Assembly (NCBI GenBank): GCA_001643675.2
Contig: LSRY02000035.1
Span: forward strand, 868,001 to 932,000
DNA length: 64,000 nucleotides
DNA from: Monocercomonoides exilis PA203
Taxonomy: Eukaryota; Protista; Preaxostyla
Direction of reading: 5' to 3'
Shown one piece after another: positions 55,901 through 64,000 of this stretch. The stretch's first letter is position 1. Every line of letters begins with the position of its first letter. The position numbers and the translations under genes were made by a program. The notes under the pieces are model-generated. The model worked only from the letters and a program-made list of their open reading frames with translations. It made no database searches and had not been told where the DNA came from.

Positions 55901-58900
55901 GGCTGCTGTGTCTGTTGCTGTTGTTGATTCTGCTGTTGATTCTGCTGCTGGGTGGCAGCGTTGTTGTTGTTGTTCTGCCCAGGAATGTCAGACAAGACAC
56001 GATGGATCTCAAACTCTGTCTGCTGCGGATGGAGCACTTCTGCTGCATGGAGTGGGGAGATGGCGCCAACAATGCCCAAAAGGCGGAGGGTCTCTCTGAA
56101 CACAGGTAGAGAAGAGGAATGGAGGAGGGAGATGATTGACTCCAACAGTGTGTCGAATGTGCGGTAAGGGGTGACCACACACCCAGCTGTCTGCACCAGA
56201 AGCCCAAACGCCCTCAGCGCAGACTCAACGACATACGGCTGCATCTGAGCAGCAGACGGGGTGAGGCAGGCGATGATGGGCGGGGCGAGGGCAGCAAAGT
56301 GCTCGTCGATGAGGATGCCGGAGATGCGTGCGAGCTCACCCACGATGTCGAGGGAGATGCGTATGAGCTCTGGCCAGCGGGAGTAGATGGGAGGGAGGAA
56401 GGAGGCGAGGATGGCGTTGATGTGGATGACAGCTGTGTCGGGGCAGTTGCGGATGAGGTGGATGATCCCTGCAGCCAGCATGCGCTTGTTCTCCCGCCCG
56501 TTGTGGAACTCGAAGGCCAGCAGATTCTCTTCAAACAGGTTGTGGAAGCGCGCCTTGATCATCGCTGGGTTCTTTGCACTTAGGCGGGAGAGGAGGGAGA
56601 TGCACTGCAGACGGATGTCTGAGTTCTCGTCGTTGAGGAGAGGGAAGATGAACGAGGTGAGGTTGGACGAGAGAGCCAAGTAAAAATCGTACTGAAACGT
56701 GAATGACTGGATGAGGGTGAGGCGCACGTCTTCGTCGGGGTCTGTGGCCATCACGATGAGCAGCTTGCGGAGGATCTCACATACAATCGACCAATACTGC
56801 CCGTCCACTGGGGGGTGCTGCCCGCGTGTCACAACCAGCTTGCAGCAGGCTTCAGCGCATTTCAAACGGACGTCGCGTGAGTGGTGGGAGAGATAAGGGC
56901 AGACAACATCGCGCAGGTAGTGGGCAAGGTAGTGGTGAGAGAAGTCGAATTCAGACAGAATTTGGAAGGCCTCGCAGATCTGCTTGGAAGACGCCTCATC
57001 GTTCATCAGGGCAGGCGGCTGGGATTGGAGGACAGCAGATGGAGAGATAAGCATGCTCGATGCAGAACCAGAGGAAGAAGAAGATGATGATGAGGCAGAG
57101 GAAGAGGAAGAAGAGGAAGACGTGATGAGGGATGCGAATGTGCTGGGCGTAGAGACTTGGATGGCAGGAGGTGGCTGATCAGCTTTGATGAAGCGCTGAC
57201 TGGCAGTCAAGACATGGCATCTGACATCATTCAAGTTCTCCACTTTGAATCCTGTGTGACACAGGGCCATTGGAGGGGAGTTGTGGATGACACAGGCAAT
57301 GCAGAGCTCAGTGTCCCTGCTGCAGTTTGAAGGGATGTGGACAACTGGAGAAGAGGAAGAGGAAGAGGAGGAAGAGGAGGAAGAAGAAGATGCAGAAGAA
57401 GAAGAAGCAAACGAAGTGACAGGCGCACGAGCAGAGGAGCCGAGACGAGTGACAGGGAAAGAGACAGACGAAGGGACAGATATACGGGAGACGAGGGGAG
57501 TGGCGAGGGCTTTCTTCTTCTGTGAGGCAGATGTTGGGACGAGGATTTCGTATTCCGTGATGAGCAGCCGTGTCTGGAAGGAGGAGAGGAGATGAGGGAA
57601 CACATCGCAGATGACGCTGAGGGTGCGGCAGAAGGCGGGGGAGAAAGGGAGGCGGAAGATGGACTCGAGGAATGATTCAGACAGCTGCATCTGAGTGCGC
57701 AGGCAGAGGAGCATCTCACACAGACAGTCAAGCACACACACGATGACGGAAGGATGCTTCAGTGTCTTGATCGTCTTGGCCATCACATCAGTCAGCCCTT
57801 TCTTCAGTGACTCAATAGGCAAGTTGAGTGATGTGTCTGAAGGGGGTAGTCTTGCCCGCTGGGTGGTGAGGTTCTTGATGAGGCGGGCGGCGATGGGGAA
57901 GGACAGTTTCTGCGTCTCTGGGTCAGATTCGCAGCAGGCGACGACGGTGTTGCTGCAGTGGGGCATCACTTTGGCCACGCTGGATGGGTTGGTCTTGACA
58001 AATGGAGGGAGGACTGCTATTGTCGCCTGTCGAACAAGATTGTCGGTGCTTGACTTGGCATATGACACAATCTGAAAAGATAAATATATTGAAAGATAAG
58101 CATATTGATAGATATATGTAATGTGATATTCTAAATGAGCGAATAAAGAAGAAGACACACAATAGCTGCCACTCTCTGCTGCAGTAGATAGGTGTCTATC
58201 GTGTTGAGTGTAAGCATCTCTGCCACCTCCAACAGCAGCCCGTGGCTCTTCGCAATCTGCTTTGTGGACGACTTCTGTATCATCTCCAGTTCATTCAGGC
58301 ATTTCTCGAACTCGTCACGAAAGAGATGGTGGTTGCGCCGCTCAAGCTGCCCAATGCACTCTCCGAAGCAGTGTGCGGCTTCTGAGTGAAGAGAAAAGTC
58401 TTCAGAGAGAAGTATGCTCTGAAGAGGTGGAGATGAAATGAAATGAAGAGGAAGAAGTTTAAGTTGGAAAATGGAAGAGGATGAAAAATAAATAAGAAGA
58501 TATTGTTGTTGGATGAGTTGATGTTGTTGAAATTTTAAAAAATGCGATAAAATAAGAAAAATTACACAATTATTCATTTTAAAAAATAAATGAAAATGGA
58601 ATCACGCTAATATTTCTAAGAAACAACTGATTTGCCAAAACCTTCATGATGTTTATTGTCTTCTCCAAATACTTTGCAAACTGCGCAGGTGATCGTTTTG
58701 AGCATTCTTCCAGCAAAATAAGTGAAGATGTACGCTTTCTTTTCTCTTCCTCTCTTTGCTGGGAATTCAGCTCTTGTGTTGAAGTGTTTGAAGATTTTGT
58801 TCTGTTTGAAATTTTTATTTATAACCCATCAAATAAAGCGATAAAAATGAATTTCTAGATAACAAAATTAATTTAGCCATACGTAATTGATGCTTGTTTT

Positions 58901-59677
58901 TGAAGATAGTTTTCTAAGTTTGTAAAAGCTTCAGACACTAATCGATCAATAAACTCGTCAGCTCCTAAAAAATTCTTTGCAATGTTTGCTTTAGTTTCAA
59001 AAAACATTCATTCAAATTAGAAAAGAAAAAGAAAGAAAAACAAGATTTAATAATTGGTACGTTAATTTTAATTTTTCAAACAAATATAAAAACAAACCAA
59101 TCACTTCAGCAGCTATTTTTGGAATTTCTTTTTGCGACGAATATAACGAACTTCGTAAAAATCCTTGGACTTTTGTGAATGAAAATGCAATTATGTTAAT
59201 AACCAAATGTTCTAGAAATATGTTTTATAAACATGAAAAAATGTATCGAAAAACAAAGCAGAATATTTCAAATATACGCTTCAAACAATTAATTTCAAAA
59301 GAACAAATGTCAACAACCTGTTGCAAGAATGCATGCAATATAAGAGTTAATGTTATTGGATTGAGGCGAAGCCAAAATGACAGGAAGAAAGTCATAAGTT
59401 GGATGCTGAAAAAGACAATAAATTCAAAATAATTAACAATTAAAATATATAAATCATTAAAACATATTAAAAAATGAAATGTTAATTTAAAAAATTCGAT
59501 TGAAACAACACTTTTCAAGCACACCTCTCCAATGATTTTTATTATCTCCTCCCGGATTTCTAATATTGAACTGGTGTAAAATGCAAACACAAATCACAAG
59601 ATTACATCAAATTAAATTAAGTCTGTTCACGCTTACCGTGCTCCTATGGATGTTAATGCAGCCTCTGCTGGATCCAT
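48790..59677 (-). CDS. TOR: Target of rapamycin (TOR) PIKK kinase, at least 12 exons (including 59677-59637, 59570-59525, 58418-58161, 58071-53661, 53573-50644, 50536-50000, 49821-49657, 49488-48790)
   Basis: HEAT repeats, FAT (LQDTLRLL, WVAVIPQIIA), FRB (ELIRVAV), kinase SKQRPR, FLLKGREDLRMDERVMQLFGLIN, LGLGDRHPSNLML, HIDFGDCFE, VPFRLTRM, FATC ending GWCPIW*; in-frame GT-AG junctions traced by eye. Confidence 0.95.
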
Positions 59678-59839
59678 AACCAAGAAGGGAGGTAAAGTAA
59701 AAATGGGTCAGAATATTCGCAATTTTTCTCAAAAATATCATATTATTGTGAGTTATTTAAGGTATAATTAACTGAAAAGTTTTTTGTTCGTTCAGCCATA
59801 ATTCATTGTTTGCAGTTCAATTGATTCTTTCTTTTGTTA
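59678..59839. promoter_or_regulatory. 162-bp shared divergent promoter region between TOR and TTLL
   Basis: Inferred start codons at 59677 (-) and 59840 (+). Confidence 0.5.
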
Positions 59840-62800
59840 ATGCCGCGCCACGAAATTGACTATGAGGAAGATGATGATACTGAGGAAGAAGATGACGATC
59901 CTTCATATGTCTTGCCATGCACAGTTCAATCAAAAAAGGAAGGAAAGAAATGTATCAGCTTGTATGATTGCCGATATGAAATTGGTTTGCATTTTTAATA
60001 AATTCAATAAAATATTTCTCTCCATTTACAAACAACTAATTTTTAATTTGTTTTCAACATTTAAATAAACACAGTGAGATATGTGGCGAAATGCCTCGAT
60101 TTTCGAGATTGTGATCGATTTGACCACTGCAAAGTTATCTGGACTGATTCACCACCGTCGTTTGATACCCTTTCACGAATGTCAAGGGGTCAGATGCTTT
60201 CACGGTTCCCTATGATGAATGAACTTTCAAAAAAGGGAATTTTTTTTGCACACATTAATCGAATGCGTTTGACATTTCCAAATGACTTTCGTTTTGTGCC
60301 CCGTACATGGGTCCTACCTCAAGATGCAGGAGAACTTCATGAAGAGTTTTCATTGGCAAAACCTGGTGAAAAACCGAGGACATATATTGTAAAGCCATCT
60401 GGTGGTTCACAAGGTCAAGGTATATATTTAGCTCAGCAAGAGACGGACATTCTTCCAAACGCTCAAGTTGTCCAGCGATATGTGGATAAGCCGTTTTTGA
60501 TTGATGGATACAAATTTGATTTCAGAATCTATGTTCTGGTTACATCTGTATCTCCTCTCAGGATCTGGCTTGGAAGGGAAGGGCTTGCTAGGTTCTGTAC
60601 AAAGAAATATGAAGGAAGTGTAACACGAGAGAATATGGGCAATGCGTTCATGCATCTGACGAACTATGCAGTCAACAAGCACTCGAAGGACTTTATTGCG
60701 AATGAAGATGCGAAGGAAGACGATAAAGGATCGAAGAGGAGTTTGTCGTCAGTGACGAAGCTGCTGAAAGAGATGGGCCACAACACAACAGCCATGTGGG
60801 AGCAGATAACAGACGTGATTGTGAAAACGATGATCGCCATCCACCCGTCGCTCCTGTCAGGCTATGCGCTCCACGCCGCCCAGCCCATTTCGCTTTACAC
60901 CTCAACACACTCTCACCATTCGTCTGATTCGAAAAGAAGCAAAACATCTGACCAATCAACATCCTCAACTGGATCATTAGAGTCTCAACGTGCTGCCTCA
61001 TCTTCTTCTGCGGGAGACGAAGGAAGCAAAAGGGGTATGCCATCCTCTTTGATGTCTTCTCTTCCTGATCTCAAAACAGGCTCTCCTCCTTCAACTGCTG
61101 GCAGTGGATCCAGAAGCTCTTCATCCTCTTCGTCTTCGCCTTCTTCAAACACTTCATCATCTTCTTCTCTTTCTTCTTCCTCCTCCTCCTCCTCATCTTC
61201 CTCTTCCTCTTCTACAACTTCCTCTTCTTCAAGTGCAGACACAAACAGCCGAGCTGCCTCTTATTCAGTCATGTCGCAGTGCTTCCACGTGATTGGCTTT
61301 GATATTCTGTTGGACTATCGCCTGCGCCCGTGGATTGTCGAGATCAACCACTCTGCCTCGTTTGTGTGTGATTCGCCGTTGGATCAGAAGATCAAATACC
61401 TCGTTCTCAGCTCTGCCCTCCGCTTAATGGCGCAGATTGAGGCGAAGGAGAAGAAGAGGGTGGAGATCAGCGAGCGGAGAATAGCAGCAGAGCAGCGAAG
61501 AAAAGAGAAAGAGAAAGAGAAAGCGCGCAGACGCATCAAGCGGAGGAAGGAGATGGAAGCGCGAGGGGAGGAGTGGATGGAGGATGAGGAGGAAGGAGGA
61601 GAGGAGGAAGAGAGCGACTCATCGTCTGTTGAGGAAGAAGCATTGTCTTCTGTGGCTGAGCCGACAGTGTCGCCAGATGGGTTCTACCGACTGATCTATT
61701 CCGAGACGCATCCCTCGTTTGCCAAGCGCAGCGACATCAAAAAGATGCACATTTACAACTCGGCTGTGCTGCACGAGGCATTCTACAAGGCGTGCGGGGC
61801 GAGAGGGCTGTACGGGCTGAAGATGATTGCAGCAGTGGGACACACAAACAGCGAGGAGTTTGAGAGGCATTTTGTGGAGTATGCTGAGCGGGCGACGGCG
61901 AATGGGGGGTTGGGCTGTGAGGAAAGGCCAGACAAGACAGCGCTGGTGAATGCACCTTCGTCGAGTGCGTGGGGCCCTCTCAAAGTGGGAATGGTGTCAC
62001 GCTCATCGTCCTCAGCATTTGTGTCAGCGTCGTCTTATTCGTCTGCTGTCTCCTTGAGTTATGCTGCTGCCAAGCGCCATGTCATCAGCCTTGCAAAGTT
62101 CTGCCAGTTTGGGCGGTCGACAGGTCTGGCAGACGGCAAGCGTGTCTCGCAGGCAGACCTCGATGTCATCTACAGAGAAGTCACTCGCCACTCCCCCGCA
62201 GACACCCCAGGCGGCGGCTCAGGTGTCTCCCACTCGTATTTCGGATACAACTCGAGGCCAGGCACTTCGTACTCGGCGATGGCATCGTCGGGAACAGGGG
62301 TTGGATCAATGTCGTTTGGGGACTTCTGCTCGGGTGTGCTCATTCTGGCAACGAGGCAGCATCCGGACTTGTCTGTGTATGAAGCATTGGAGTCAGTGCT
62401 ACTGAGTATGGAAGAGAAGTTCATGCACCAGACACCCTTGACACCTTCTGCACACATCCTGCCCCAGCTGCACCCATCCACTCCTGGCCCATTCTCCTCT
62501 TCTTCTTCCTCATCCTCTTCTTCCTCTTCCTCTTCAGACAGTCGCAGTTCCCATTCATCTCGTCCAATGTCTCCACGTTCCTCTCCTTTTGCTGTCCCCT
62601 CTGCGTATGTCTCCACCTCTTCCTCTCGCAGCGGGTCTCGTTCTGCTTACTCGTCTGACTCCTCATCGATGACAAGCAGCGCTTCTGTTGTGTCGATTGG
62701 GAGGCATGCGGTGCTTGCGCCAGTGACACAGCTGGAGATGAAGGTCAACAGCAGCCCTGCCTCTACCCCTTCCTCCTCAGAAAGAGGAAAAGAAGGCCGG

Positions 62801-63049
62801 TTTGACAGAGAAAGAGAGAGGAAAAGTGCCAGCCGAGAGAGAAGCTACGGGCAAAGAGGAGGTTCATCGGGTGGATCGTCGCAGCAGACGGCGGTGGGGA
62901 GCAGCTATGAGAAGTCTGTTGTTCAGCCGCGGAGTGCAGCGAGTTCGCAGCAAAGACGACACAATTCGCCTTCTTCGCAGAGTGCCTCAGGAACAGCTGC
63001 CAGTGCGACAAGAAAGACAGCCTCCAGCACTCAGCGCGCTCCCTCTCCT

Positions 63050-63081
<32 letters not shown>

Positions 63082-63289
63082 AAGCAGTGTGCCTCCATCG
63101 CGCAGGATGGTGTCGCGTTATGATGACAGTCCATATGCTGCTCCTGTGTCTCCTCAGCACAAACCAAGAATTGCACAAAGGAAAGAGAGAGAGGCAAAGT
63201 ACGTGAATGTTTCGAGCACAGCCAAGGAAGAAAAATCAGTAAATTACAGTAAAAACTCTTCAAATGCACAAGATTTAGAAGGAGGTTGA
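59840..63289 (+). CDS. TTLL11: Tubulin polyglutamylase, TTLL11-like; exons 59840-59984 and 60075-63289
   Basis: Splicing gives ..ISLYDCRYEIVRYVAK; motifs FVPRTWVLP, YIVKPSGGSQGQGIYL, KFDFRIYVLVTS, EGLARFCT, HLTNYAVNK, CFHVIGFDILLD, WIVEINHSASF; C-terminal helical region (ADLDVIYREV..MSFGDF) resembles TTLL11/p25-alpha. Confidence 0.85.
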
Positions 63290-63739
63290 ACATAAAGAGC
63301 GATTATTCTTTTCAACATTTCATTTCAAATGTGAATATTTACTTCATAGCACATCATTCATTTCATCCGAAGAAATTCAAGTTCATTTTTGTATTTATCT
63401 CAATGCAATTGCATTTTCCCTTCATTCTTATGATTACTTTTTTTTTATTTCCAATATGATTATTCAGCATTGATAGAAGTTTTTTCTCACGAAAATATAA
63501 AGAGTGATATTAAGGTTATTCAGATCCAATCCCGAAAACTGCTGATTCGTTTTTGCAAGTCTCACAACTTATTTATTAATTATTCATCTATAACAAAGTT
63601 TGTTTTAATTTTTAAAAATATATATAAATTGTGAAAACTTTTTTCCTTTTCTTTCTATATGTAATTTAATCATAACTAACTTTTTCAAAACATCTTTAAT
63701 AATTTGCAACTTTTTCAAATTAAATGCGCTATTTTTCAG

Positions 63740-64000
63740 TGAGTTCTCCTGAAGCAGTTTTCAATGTGATAAAAATTGGTAAAAAGGGCACAAAAGCACC
63801 ACGACAATTAACCGTATCAAAAGAAGGCCTTCGATGTTCGAGTTCTGGGGGTGTTACATGGACTCAACCAAATGGAACGATCGTAAGGTGTTTATCATGA
63901 ATTATCCTTTTGTATAATATATGTTTTTCATTGAATATCATTTTACAGCATCACTCCTGATGATCCAGAAGGAAAAATGTTCACTGTTACAACTGTCACT
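63740..64000 (+). CDS. 5' part of a spliced gene running out of the window, possibly a PH-like domain (intron ~63888-63948)
   Basis: After acceptor CAG 63739: SSPEAVFNVIKIGKKGTKAPRQLTVSKEGLRCSSSGGVTWTQPNGTIV-SITPDDPEGKMFTVTTVT. Confidence 0.45.

Noticed and set aside
48862-63293. Numerous antisense and alternate-frame ORFs over TOR, TTLL (and likewise PKS and POP1)
   Set aside because: Shadow ORFs caused by GC-rich codons and poly-Ser/Glu repeats
1-64000. tRNA, rRNA, CRISPR arrays
   Set aside because: None recognised by eye; the repeats present are inverted or microsatellite, not spacer-separated direct repeats

Overview
AT-rich, intron-containing eukaryotic DNA in the standard genetic code. 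Poly-Ser insertions, short AT-rich GT-AG introns and beta-helix receptor-pseudokinase families suggest an anaerobic metamonad such as the oxymonad Monocercomonoides (inference, not verified). Contents in order: (1) an intronless 3532-aa type I megasynthase, KS-AT-DH-cMT-psiKR-ER-KR-ACP, ending in a complete fungal-FAS-type malonyl/palmitoyl transferase (MPT) instead of a thioesterase, the most striking feature of the window; (2) an enlarged POP1 gene (about 2032 aa); (3) a PIF/Harbinger-ISL2EU-type DDE transposon with short TIRs; (4) degenerate beta-helix surface-protein genes; (5) a truncated bacterial-type nucleotidyltransferase-like ORF; (6) a 3-exon, 71-aa Cys-rich tail-anchored protein with a 9-nt micro-exon; (7) a ~9.1-kb receptor-like pseudokinase broken by 3 stops and 1 frameshift; (8) a nested foldback region containing a perfect 82-bp hairpin element (TGT...ACA, TTAT duplication); (9) a Merlin/IS1595 transposase; (10) TOR kinase, with a ~150-aa insertion in its FRB domain, head-to-head with a TTLL11-like tubulin polyglutamylase; (11) the start of a further spliced gene. 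All family calls come from motif recognition by eye; no database searches were run.
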